From positions 186,001 through 250,000 of the forward strand of contig NIVC01001020.1 of the NCBI GenBank assembly GCA_002269645.1: a DNA stretch of 64,000 nucleotides. Reading direction: 5' to 3'. Every line of letters starts with the position of its first letter. Positions within the stretch are counted from its first letter, which is position 1. Source of the DNA: Macrostomum lignano (taxonomy: Eukaryota). Below, in pieces: positions 24,001-32,171 of this stretch. Under the pieces are notes generated by a model that did not search any database, was not told where the DNA came from, and worked only from the letters and a program-made list of their open reading frames with translations. A program made the position numbers and the translations under genes.

Positions 24001-27000
24001 ATAGCCAAGCGCAGTCTTTGGCGTCAGGCCGTCCAGGAGCTTATTGATGCAACGCTGAAAGCTGCCGGGACTATCGTGGAGACCCATCGGTAGAACGTTA
24101 AAACAGAATTGGCCGCGGTCGATTACTGAGAATGCCGTCAAGTGCTGGTCGCAGTCACGCAGCGGGATCTGCCAGAATCCTTGAGCAAGGTCCAAGCTGG
24201 AATACCACTGAGCACCATGAAGCTTCGCGAAGGTTTCCTGGATGTGCGGCAGCGGATACGGGTGATACACACACCTGTCGTTGAGAGCTCTGAAGTCGTG
24301 GACTAGTCGGATGTTGCCGTCCTTCTTGGGCACGATGAGCATTGGCGAATTGTAGCTCGAGTAGGCAGGGCGAATGATGTGCTTCGCCAGCATCTCGTCT
24401 AGCAGGGCGTCGAGTTTGTCCTTCAGATGAGGCGGGATTCGGCGCGGTGGAAGCGCAACTGGTGTCCGGTCCTTCAAGATGATCTCGTGGGTCACCAGGT
24501 GAGTCAGGCCGGCGTCTAGCGAGTGCTTGGAGAAGGCCGCTTGACATTCGACTAGTAGATCTCGCACTCTTAGATGTTGTTCTTTGGACAATTCGCTGTT
24601 GATCTCGACTTCATCTAGCCATGCTGTGCTGGACTCTTCAGAGTTCTTCAGGAGGTGTCGTACTTCAGGTTCGGGCGTCTCACTCAGGTACATCAGGTCG
24701 GCAGTTCGGAGTGGCGTCGCAACACCAACACGGATACCGGCTTGCAGGAACACCTCGCTGTCGGCGGTGTTGACGACCTCAATGTAGCCGCGACCTTCAG
24801 GCATCGTCATCAGAGCAGGCGCTGCTTCCAGAGCGTTGCAGCTGGGATGCAGCCTCGACTTAACCAGCTCGACAATTGATGGCGATCCTCGATTCTCAGG
24901 GTGGCCGTCATCCAGTCTGACGGCAAGCAACGCTGAACTTCTAGGCGGCAGGGTGCACTTCTCGGAGGTGTACACTCGGCAGTTCTGAAGCTCACGACGC
25001 GAATAGCGAACGGGGATGCACGCGCCGTTGTTAAACTTCAACATTCCTTGAGCGAAGTCCAAGTTCTGGCAGTGCTCTCGCATAAACGATACGCCAAGCA
25101 AGTTTTCACAATCGGAGACCGTGACGAGGAATTCGGTGTCCGCGACGACATCACCGAACTCCACCGGAATGGTCACCTTACAAGCAAGTGGGAGCTGCGT
25201 CCCATCATACATAGTTACGCAATCGGGAATAGCATGCGATATAATACAACGAGGCATCCGACGTCTAATAGCGGCCCAGGTTGACGAACCAAGAAAGTTT
25301 TTCCGGCTGCCGCTGTCAAGCAAGAAGGGACCTCTCGACTCGCAACTCGACCTGTGACGTACGGATCGGCCTCACGCGCATGGATTTTTTGATTCGGGGA
25401 GGTGTCCACGAAACCTCCGCACTCCGCGTCACTTACTGACGAGTGACTGTCGGACTGGGCATTGGCGCCTGCACAGCCGACATTCTCTTCTTCTGGTGAC
25501 CTCTCGGAGTCTGCCAAGTAGCCTGGGCTTGGACCTCGCGGAGGGCGGTGCCGTTGTCGCTCTCCGCCTGGCCGTTTCCCTGGTTCTGGCGCATCGGGCA
25601 CTGGGCACTGCGGTGACCGGGCTGTCCGCAGCCGTAGCAGATTGTAGTCTTCGCCGGCGGGCTGTTCTTCTGCTGTTGGTCACGCTGCACCAGGTGATCA
25701 AGCAGTCGCTGCTGCTTCTCGATCAAGTCGGTTAGAGTTAGCAAGGCTTGGGCGGTGACGTCGGGCTTCGGGTCGCCGTCCTGCTCCCCGTCCAACATCT
25801 TAACCGGGGGTTGAGCGGTTCGCTGCGCCAATTCTTTGGCGCCTTTTAGTCGTCGTAGTTCTCGAATCGCAGCAAGAAGATTATTTGGGCGGACCCAGTA
25901 CAGCCGTTCACGCAGGTCTGGAGTCGTCCGGATACCAGCAAGAAATTGATCAGCAATCTCCTTCTCGCGGTCTTCAGGGTGCATTCGAGGATACGCACGT
26001 TCACCAAGAGTTCTCAGGGCGTCAGCAAACTCTTCTGCTGACTCATTCTTGCATTGTTGACGACGCCTAAACAGCTCTCTATACTCATCAGCACCACCAT
26101 GACGGGCAAATCGCTCAATCAGACGCTGCTTGACCTCCTCGTAGCTGGCGAAACGCGGGAGATTCATACTAAGCAAAGAAGGATATGCAGTAGCCAAATC
26201 AAGACTCGCAATGAGGTGTTGCTTCATCTCGAACGGGTCGACGATGCGCTCCATCTCGCAACGCTGCTCGAACGCGGCAAGCCAGACATGAATGTCCTGA
26301 CTTGGAGTATACTTCACAATCTTAACTTGTTTACTCACAGGCCGCTCCATCTGCTGCTGCAGAGCTGCCATCATGGTCCTCACGTCCTGGTGCGTGATGT
26401 TCCGGCCGATGTTGTCCAGGCCTTGCAGAAGCTCGTCTGGCGGGTCGTCGGACACGTCGCTTCTGGCACCTCGCCTCGGCGTCGGCTGCTGACCACAGTC
26501 GTTGATCGCTGCTGCTGCTGCGGCGTCCGCTGCCGCAGGCCTCGAACTGCTGATGTGCTGATCCAGCCGGCTGCTGCACCGGCTCTCGTCTCGTTCGTTG
26601 AACATGTTGAACTCGTAGTAGTTACTGGCCGATGTCGTTCTCGAAAGAGCGGTTGGCTTGGGTGTGTCGTAGTCGGATCTCACCGCTGCGTCACCAGTGA
26701 AATAGATGGGTTTTCTCGGGGTGGCCTGGTAGGTCGTTGAATCCCACCGCTGCCACCAATGTTGTACCTGTGGTTGTCCTGCTGTACAGCGCAGTGACTT
26801 GGGCTCCGTCCTCTCACTTAGAAGCCTTCTTAACTTTAGTAGCGTAGGTAGTGCTGCCACCAGTTCCTTCAGGTCTCGGCCTTCGATGAGGTGAGCTTCC
26901 CGTCGGAACGAAATAAACAAGTCAACGAACTCAGCACAGCGTGCAGATTTGCAGATTAATGAACAAGGCGTCCTGATCAGCAGATCCCCGCCGGGCTCAG

Positions 27001-28980
27001 GGGTGGCTGGGAAGGCAGTGTTAGCCTCCCTTAGGCTTGGGCTTTAGTGGGGTCTCAGTCAGACCAGTACAAACGGATTCAGTACGCAAAGGGCACTTAG
27101 TTAGACACTGACGCACACGGGATCTTAGTGAATTCTCCGCAGATAAGAAGCCAACCTTGACGGAAACAAGGGGAGAGGGGTCCTATTTATAGCCGGGAAA
27201 CACCCACGCACAAGACCTCGTGACTTGTTCTATTTTTAGAACTGACGTCACTTGAGATCTCGAGGCAGGGTCTCAGTGCGCGCAAGACCTCGTGACTCGT
27301 TCTATTTTTAGAACTGACGTCACTTGAGGTCTCCGGCCAGAGTACACGCGGCTGTGACTCAGTTGCTATTTTTAGCAACATGAGTCACTCCTCTCCTTAG
27401 AGAAGGGAGGGTTCCGAAAGCACGTGATTCTCCCGGTAAACAGGGCCAACGAGTGCAGTAAACATGTTTACTGCACTTTAGGACTCGAAGAACGCAGAGT
27501 CTGTCATGTGACTTGCTCACATGACAGAGGAAAACGGGACGGGAACGAAACAGAGACAGCCCACAGCAGAGAAGCTGAGGGCTGAGAACAGAGACGCAGA
27601 AGGGCAGAACAGGCCAAGGGCAGCAACAGACAGGCCAAGGGGGGTGGGAAGCTGACCAGCGGCAGACAGCAACCCAGGGCGAGGGCGAGGGAGACTGCTG
27701 ACAAAGTGGGACGCCTAACATCAACTAGCGGATCACTACACTGTCATAGAGTGTTTTTGTCTGTAAATACCTGTCAATGTGTGTTTTAGTCTGTAAATAC
27801 CTGTCATAGTGTGTTTTAGTCTGTAAATAGCTGTCATAGTGTGTTTTTGTCTGTAATTGGCTGTCATAGTGTGTTTTAGTCTGTAAGTAGCTGTCATAGT
27901 GTGTTTTAGTCTGTAATTGGATGTCATAGTGTGTTTTAGTCTGTAAATAGCTGTCATAATGTGTTTTAGTCTGTAATTGGATGTCATAGTGTGTTTTAGT
28001 CTGTAAATAGCTGTCATAATGTGTTTTAGTCTGTAATTGGATGTCATAGTGTGTTTTAGTCTGTAAATAGCTGTCATTGTGTGTTTTAGTCTGTAATTGG
28101 CTGTCATACTGTGATGCAGTCTGTAAATAGCTGTCATTGTGTGTTTTAGTCTGTAATTGGCTGTCATAGTGTGTTTTAGTCTGTAAATACCTGTCATTGT
28201 GTGATGTGGTCTGTAAATACCTGTCACAGTGTGATGTGGTCTGTAAATACCTGTCACAGTGTGATGTGGTCTGTAAATACCTGTCACAGTGTGTTTTCTC
28301 TATACATAACTGTCAACTACAGTTTTATCTGTAACTTTTTTTCATGTGTTTTAGTCTGCAAATTATAGCTGATAAGCTGTTTTGTCTGTCAGTAGCTGTT
28401 AAAATTGTTTTGCCTGACCTTTCTACTGCTGTAAGTAGTCTGTTTAAAGTAAAACAAAAAAATTACATCTTGTCGGTATTGTCCTGTTTTTTGCTGTCAA
28501 ACATTCCGCCTTGTATTCAATAGCCAACTGTAAATGCCTGTCAACGGCCACCCCACCCACCATCAGGGCCTGCGCATCGCCCCGCCCGAAGCCCCGGCCA
28601 CCGGCTACATGTTCGGCAAGGGCGTGTATTTCGCCGACATGGTCACCAAGTCGGCCAACTACTGCGCCACAACCCGGTCGGAGCCGCGCGCCATCATGCT
28701 GCTGTCCGAGGTCTCCCTTGGCAACATGTACGAGCGCACCCGGGCCGAGTTCGTCACGAAGCTGCCGGCAGGCTACCAGTCTACCAAAGGCGTTGGCGCC
28801 ACCATGCCAGACCCCACGCAGACTGTGCTGGACTCCTGGACTGGCGCCGAGATACCGCTGGGCAAGCCGAAGCCCGCTGGACAGGCCGGGCTGTCCCTGC
28901 TGTACAATGAGTACATCGTGTACGATGTGAGCCAGGTGTGCCAGCGCTACCTGTTCCAGATGGAGTTCCAGTACCGCTGA
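57..28980 (+). CDS. PARP1: Poly(ADP-ribose) polymerase 1; join(57..164,1396..1537,3278..3414,8205..8344,9225..9308,10622..10733,11988..12319,14308..14765,16467..17050,17983..18492,28567..28980), about 1006 aa
   Basis: All junctions are GT-AG and phase compatible, totalling 3021 nt. Domains in order: ZnF1 ([13 protein letters not shown]...WFHFAC), ZnF2 ([13 protein letters not shown]...WHHVDC), ZnF3/PADR1 (CAECK...[11 protein letters not shown]), BRCT-like, WGR (FRAWGRIGT), helical regulatory domain and catalytic domain with intact H-Y-E triad (WHGS, GVYFAD, YNEYIVY). Confidence 0.95.
432..1123. mobile_element. Putative non-autonomous DNA transposon (MITE, PIF/Harbinger-like GGGCC termini) in PARP1 intron 1
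   Basis: Imperfect terminal inverted repeats GGGCCTGTGCTATAAA (432) and TCTGTAGCACGGGCCC (to 1123), with related AGGAG-rich subterminal sequence. The TSD is not clean (CTA vs CTC). Confidence 0.4.
1557..3240. repeat. 28-bp minisatellite (CCTCCCAGATCCTCAGTTGCTGGGCCAG, with 31-bp variants) filling PARP1 intron 2
   Basis: Directly visible tandem array. The unit has no stop codon in any + frame, which explains the long repetitive ORFs in the track. Confidence 0.97.
3952..4749 (-). CDS. Unassigned single-exon ORF, 265 aa, low-complexity Ser/Gly/Arg-rich with Gln/His tract, nested antisense in PARP1 intron 3
   Basis: ATG at 4749 and TAA at 3952-3954. It is a GC-rich island in AT-richer flanks with a composition typical of disordered proteins. 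No recognised domain. Confidence 0.5.
   Translation of the reverse strand: MLRSDYKYSREPAVEAATDRRDGGGCSSGINDSGCSARQASPSLLLTPGAAAAGTDNDGDGSSGGGKRGGSMKHWSPLAALGKRARDGLRRCNTVRAGLGGGASSSSTTPSAADLNLSSRRNAMPNIFLGLPSSGVRRLFAIYGIDDSPGGRAGSSGTHSTLSPTASSTGASTAASSKGEESLFARHSRTSSVRSRRLPNFGGPMQQQQHQHMLMMQQHQQHLLVPPQPVAGPVAHHPIDKRRASSMRDHQGRQHRKASSCHGNW
7530..8180. repeat. 39-bp minisatellite (GGATAAAATGGGATTTCATGTCAACTGCTGGGGATAGGA) at the 3' end of PARP1 intron 3
   Basis: Tandem array. The 13-aa periodicity in track ORFs 7679..7939 and 7704..7961 matches the unit length. Confidence 0.95.
8505..9075. repeat. 36-bp minisatellite (ACACTGAGTGAAATCACTCTGACTGGCACTGTGTTC) in PARP1 intron 4
   Basis: Tandem array with 12-aa periodicity in the ORF track. 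Confidence 0.95.
9795..10330. repeat. 16-bp minisatellite (CAGTATTGCTGACAGA) in PARP1 intron 5
   Basis: More than 30 near-perfect tandem copies visible. Confidence 0.95.
10383..10560. repeat. 43-bp tandem repeat, about 4 copies, in PARP1 intron 5
   Basis: CAAACACGGAGTGACAGACAGGGGAGACAGCCTGATT...AA recurs at 10383, 10426, 10469 and 10512. Confidence 0.85.
11385..11830. repeat. 30-bp minisatellite (CTTAAACATCCCAGATCCTCAGGATTAGTG) in PARP1 intron 6
   Basis: About 14 copies, with alternating CTCA/CTTG variants giving a 60-bp higher-order period. Confidence 0.97.
12360..13185 (-). mobile_element. 5'-truncated non-LTR retrotransposon (LINE, I/LOA/R1-like) 3' fragment: ORF2 C-terminal CCHC finger plus 3' UTR
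   Basis: ORF 12560..13234 contains LSGHGCF...[19 protein letters not shown], the typical LINE ORF2 C-terminal zinc knuckle. An AATAAA lies on the - strand near 12365. Boundaries are approximate. Confidence 0.75.
13180..14270. repeat. 20-bp minisatellite (CTTCCCAATTCACCAGATCC) grading into related C-rich repeats, PARP1 intron 7
   Basis: Visible tandem array from about 13180 to 14000, followed by degenerate CCCAGATCCC-type units up to the acceptor region. Confidence 0.95.
14766..16435. repeat. 22-bp repeat x6 (GTGAGGACAGGTTCTGGTGAGA) starting at the splice donor, then 21-bp minisatellite (GAGGACAGGTTGCTTAATCCC) x about 70, PARP1 intron 8
   Basis: 22-bp units start at 14766, 14788, 14810, 14832, 14854 and 14876. 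The 21-bp array produces the spurious LIPRTGC-repeat ORF. Confidence 0.97.
17070..17835. repeat. About 32-bp minisatellite (GGGTGAGATTTCCCACGCGGAGAGTCTGGATA and variants) in PARP1 intron 9
   Basis: Tandem array with a conserved GAGATTTCC core and gradually changing variants. Confidence 0.93.
18505..18718. repeat. 30-bp minisatellite (CTGTCATAGTGTGTTTTAGTCTGTAAATAG), left part, interrupted by the gypsy element
   Basis: The same unit resumes at 27741 directly after the LTR. Confidence 0.93.
18719..19760 (-). repeat. 3' LTR of the gypsy element (1042 bp)
   Basis: Matches 26698..27740. The only difference found by eye is a G-run of 5 vs 6 near 19660/27640. Confidence 0.96.
19761..19768 (-). promoter_or_regulatory. 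Polypurine tract (GGGGAGAG) abutting the 3' LTR
   Basis: Plus-strand CTCTCCCC sits immediately internal to the LTR boundary. Confidence 0.85.
20292..25580 (-). pseudogene. pol: Gypsy pol (protease, RT, RNase H, long linker, integrase), disrupted as assembled
   Basis: Apparent 1-bp deletions at about 25328 (EVP/FLLDSG), 21574 and 21528, plus an in-frame TGA at 23710-23712 between track ORFs 23710..25323 and 21496..23709. IN motifs are HSSPLCGH...CRTC, IHCDV, IHTDQG and GQVENLN. Confidence 0.9.
25433..26605 (-). CDS. gag: Gypsy Gag (capsid-like region plus CCHC zinc knuckle), about 390 aa
   Basis: Open frame. The first ATG downstream of the PBS is at 26605 (MFNERDES...). The knuckle reads [14 protein letters not shown]. 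Confidence 0.88.
   Translation of the reverse strand: MFNERDESRCSSRLDQHISSSRPAAADAAAAAAINDCGQQPTPRRGARSDVSDDPPDELLQGLDNIGRNITHQDVRTMMAALQQQMERPVSKQVKIVKYTPSQDIHVWLAAFEQRCEMERIVDPFEMKQHLIASLDLATAYPSLLSMNLPRFASYEEVKQRLIERFARHGGADEYRELFRRRQQCKNESAEEFADALRTLGERAYPRMHPEDREKEIADQFLAGIRTTPDLRERLYWVRPNNLLAAIRELRRLKGAKELAQRTAQPPVKMLDGEQDGDPKPDVTAQALLTLTDLIEKQQRLLDHLVQRDQQQKNSPPAKTTICYGCGQPGHRSAQCPMRQNQGNGQAESDNGTALREVQAQATWQTPRGHQKKRMSAVQAPMPSPTVTRQ
25538..25580 (-). promoter_or_regulatory. Putative -1 programmed ribosomal frameshift signal (G GGA AAC, 6-nt spacer, GC-rich hairpin)
   Basis: The heptamer at 25574-25580 is correctly phased in gag, and the -1 frame (track ORF 25215..25601) leads into the protease. 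The hairpin GCGGAG-a-GCG...CGC-c-CTCCGC spans 25538-25567. Confidence 0.75.
26675..26696 (-). promoter_or_regulatory. Primer-binding site 2 (imperfect tRNA-Leu-like, TGGTGACGCAGCGGTGAGATCC), 1 nt from the 5' LTR end
   Basis: Canonical position immediately after LTR ...ATTTCA, beginning with TGG. Confidence 0.75.
26698..27740 (-). repeat. 5' LTR of the gypsy element (1043 bp), TATA box TATAAATA at 27184-27191
   Basis: Direct repeat of 18719..19760, followed on the element strand by PBS and gag. Confidence 0.96.
26739..26758 (-). promoter_or_regulatory. Primer-binding site 1 (perfect complement of the tRNA-Leu(AAG/TAG) 3' end including CCA) inside the LTR; second copy at 18760..18779
   Basis: Plus-strand GAATCCCACCGCTGCCACCA equals the conserved 3' end of metazoan tRNA-Leu(AAG/TAG) plus CCA. 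On the element strand it is preceded by ...TACAACA-T, which looks like a classic LTR end. Confidence 0.85.
27741..28300. repeat. 30-bp minisatellite, right part, in PARP1 intron 10
   Basis: About 18 copies of the CTGTCATAGTGTGTTTTAGTCTGTAAATAG-type unit. Confidence 0.95.
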
Positions 28981-30688
28981 GCTGTGTCGTGTGCAGCTGT
29001 ACTTTAATACAGCTTATCTTTGTGAACCCTGTTTTCACCATTATATTATTTTGGGGTTTTCCGCACTCCCATTGCCCGCACACTACTGACTAGTAGGGTT
29101 TAGGCGTCTTTGTGTTCAGATTTACTTTTTTCAACATTTACTACCCATACTACTTGATTAATACGTTCGAAACTCCTTTTAAGTAGCGACTTGAACTTTC
29201 ATCAAATGCGACTATTTTTCTATCATTTTTGTCTCCGTTTTGCTTTTTTGTTGTTTTTTTAATCTCTTACTATTGTGCCCTCTAGTATATTCGTAAGGCT
29301 TTCCAAATATATATAGTGTCTATTTTTGCGCAAGCCTGTTTGGCTTTTCACTTTTTCTCTCTCTAATACTTCGTGAAATCGATTAGCAATATATTTGAGT
29401 CTGTTGAAACCAGCCCAGCTCCCGTGACCCGGCCTGCTGTGTTGCAGTCGGTTTGACGAACTTCATTTTCAATCTGCACAAATTATAGCAGCAGGATGTT
29501 TTTCGTGTTGTTTAATTTAACTTTTTGGATTTGTAGAAGCTGGCTTGTCAATCACTCCAATGGTTCAATGGGAACATCAATGACGATTAGATACCCTACG
29601 TACAGTATTAGCTGTTGAACTATGTTTCGAAGTCTTACATGTAAATGATGTTCAAAACAAAAATACAAGTAGGAGTCAGCATATCCAGTAGCATGTCTTT
29701 TGCTACAGGGGTCTCGCGCACCACAAATTTAGACTTGGCCGTGAAAATAAAAACCAGAAAATCCCCAATTAGCAGAAAGCTTTTGCGCAGTAAAATCTGT
29801 CGAAAATTATAAAATAAGCGCAGAGTCTGTCAGTTTATTTAACTTGAACCAAATACTACTTAGCTCAGTAGTTGATTATAGGAGGATTAAAATTTAAGAA
29901 CGGATCATTTGCATGTATAAACAGGTTGCACAGTTGAATGTACAATCGAGTGACAGAAGCGGAATAAGCAGACAGGCAGATTGGTAACAGAAACTTATTT
30001 AACGGAGATAAAAAACCTTGGGGGGCGATCTCGTTATCTCGAATACAACAGCCAAATTAGCACTGTGTTATGCGTTATTAAATCAATAATTAAATATAAG
30101 TATAAAACAATAACCTTTATAGGCTCTGCCTTTATAATTTTTACGATTTCAGAATATTCATTTATAAATATAGTTAGCATTGCTTTGAATTTTTTTCACT
30201 TTGGAATGCAAAAATACACCCAAAAGTAAAAACTGAAAATAAACCTATTTACGCTACTCAAAGAGTAGTAAAATAAGGTTAGAATTCCCGGCTTTGCCCA
30301 AAAATAATAAGTACAACTTTTACCAGGAACGCAGACCACCCAAAGTATGTACTATTTCCAAGAAATCAGACAATGCTTTGGATGTACAAGCGTTTTGTCA
30401 ATTCTAAGAAATCATACCGACTTTCGAACTTTCCATGAAATCAGACCAGATCTATTTTCTAGGAAACCAGACGATGCATTTTCCAGGAAATCATAGCCGA
30501 CAAACTTTCTGGGAAAACCTAGGCAGGCAACGTATTTTGCTGTTTTCCAGGAAATAAAATCCAGTAATGAATACAATTTCCAAGAAATAGACAAAAAATT
30601 ATCAATACATAATTGGGATAAAGTGATGGTATGAAACACGGGAAAATCAACCTCGAAGCGATTGATCTGTCCTTCAACCCGGAGTCGC

Positions 30689-32171
30689 TCACTGGCGTCT
30701 CAAATTGTTCAGCCGGGACTCCAGGTCGTCCAGGTCGCCGCCTCCGGCCGCGCCACCATCGGCACCGCCGGCAGCGGCGGCAGCGGCCGCGGGCTTCTTG
30801 GCGGCTCCGGCCGACTCGCCGATGGTTGAAGCGCCCGGCCCGATGCCCGCCAGCTCGCCAGTCAGCTCGATGCCCAGCTCGTCCAGCACCTTGGTGACCA
30901 CCGCCTCCGTCTCTTCTTCGTCCTCGTCGCCGCCGATTGCATCATCAATGGCGTCGGACATCATCTCCTCCTTCATGTCCATGATCTCCGACTCCTTCTC
31001 GAACTGGGCCATGATCTGCTGCAGCTGCGGCAGGTTCATCGTCTTGTTCATCCGCTGCATGGTCTTGGTGACGCCCTTCATGGCCTGCGCCATCTGATTG
31101 GTGGAGCGGAGGGTCTGGATCTTCAAGCTGATGGCCTGGATGTTGGCCCGCATCAGGATGAACTTCTTCACGTAGTTTCTGGTGCGCACCTGGACAGGGT
31201 TGGCGTTCGTTCGAGTTTGGGAGTTTGTGTTTAGGAAGAGTTTATTACGTAGCGTTAAGTTGCAAGAATGTTCCTGAGCAGTTGGAGGGCGATTCTCGGG
31301 GCAGTTAGAGGGCGATTCTCGGGGGCAGTTGGAGGGCGATTCTCGGGGCAGTTAGAGGTCGATTCTCGGGGCAGTTGGAGGGCGATTCTCGGGGGCAGTT
31401 AGAGGGCGATTCTCGGGGCAGTTAGAGGGCGATTCTCGAGGCAGTTAGAGGGCGATTCTCGGGGGCAGTTAGAGGGCGATTCTCGGGGCAGTTAGAGGGC
31501 GATTCTCGGGGGCAGTTAGAGGGCGATTCTCGAGGCAGTTAGAGGGCGATTCTCGGGGGCAGTTAGAGGGCGATTCTCGGGGGCAGTTAGAGGGCGATTC
31601 TCGGGGCAGTTAGAGGGCGATTCTCGGGGGCAGTTAGAGGGCGATTCTCGAGGCAGTTAGAGGGCGATTCTCGGGGGCAGTTAGAGGGCGATTCTCGAGG
31701 CAGTTAGAGGGCGATTCTCGGGGCAGTTGGAGGGCGATTCTCGGGGGCAGTTAGAGGGCGATTCTCGAGGCAGTTAGAGGGCGATTCTCGGGGCAGTTGG
31801 AGGGCGATTCTCGGAGGAGTTGGAGGGCGATTCTCGGGGCAGTTGGAGGGCGATTCTCGGGGCATTGAGAGGGCGATTCTCGGGGCAGTTAAAGGGCGAT
31901 TCTCGGGGCAGTTAAGAGGGAGATTCTCCCAGCATCAGAGGAATGAGGATCCAAGTTCTCAACTCACCAAATCCTTGGCCATAATCTTCACAGCGTCCAT
32001 CTGCCCCTGTTTGGCCAGCTTCTTTATATCGGCGATCACCTTCTTCTCCTGCTGTTCCATCCGGTTTTTCTCGCGGTCCAGATCGCGCATTGCCCGGTTG
32101 AGCGCGCGCTGGTTCTGGCGCAGCATCTCCTCTGGCGTCTTCTTCCGGCCGAACAGAAACTCCAGCGGCAT
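30689..32171 (-). CDS. CHMP2A: Charged multivesicular body protein 2a (ESCRT-III, Vps2); complement join(30689..31189,31968..32171), 234 aa
   Basis: MPLEFLFGRKKTPEEMLRQNQRALNRAMRDLDRE...AKDL|VRTRNYVKKFILMRANIQAISLKIQTL...ending in the MIM1-like DLESRLNNLRRQ. Phase-0 GT-AG intron. Confidence 0.96.
31278..31925. repeat. 23-24-bp minisatellite (GTTAGAGGGCGATTCTCGGGGCA) in the CHMP2A intron
   Basis: About 27 visible tandem copies. Confidence 0.95.

Larger units (their letters stand above)
18719..27740 (-). mobile_element. Full-length Ty3/gypsy LTR retrotransposon (LTR-gag-PR-RT-RH-IN-LTR), antisense in PARP1 intron 10
   Basis: 1042/1043-bp LTRs with TG...CA ends, 4-bp TSD CTGT (18715-18718 and 27741-27744), PBS and PPT. 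Gag has a CCHC knuckle. Motifs LLDSGS (PR), YMDD (RT), DTDAS/ELLAI/SDHRAL (RH) and HHCC plus D-D-E (IN) occur in gypsy order. Confidence 0.97.

Noticed and set aside
26606-26920. Gag N-terminal extension starting within the LTR (track ORF 25433..26920)
   Set aside because: It starts at a non-ATG codon and runs through U5 and both PBSs. The first ATG after the PBS (26605) is the more plausible start.
30705-31097. Antisense shadow ORFs over GC-rich exons (also 14402..14677, 49429..50380, 53640..54005, 57035..57259, 60123..60606, 61950..62591 and + strand ORFs over pol)
   Set aside because: They are expected by-products of GC-rich codon usage on the opposite strand, with no independent motifs.
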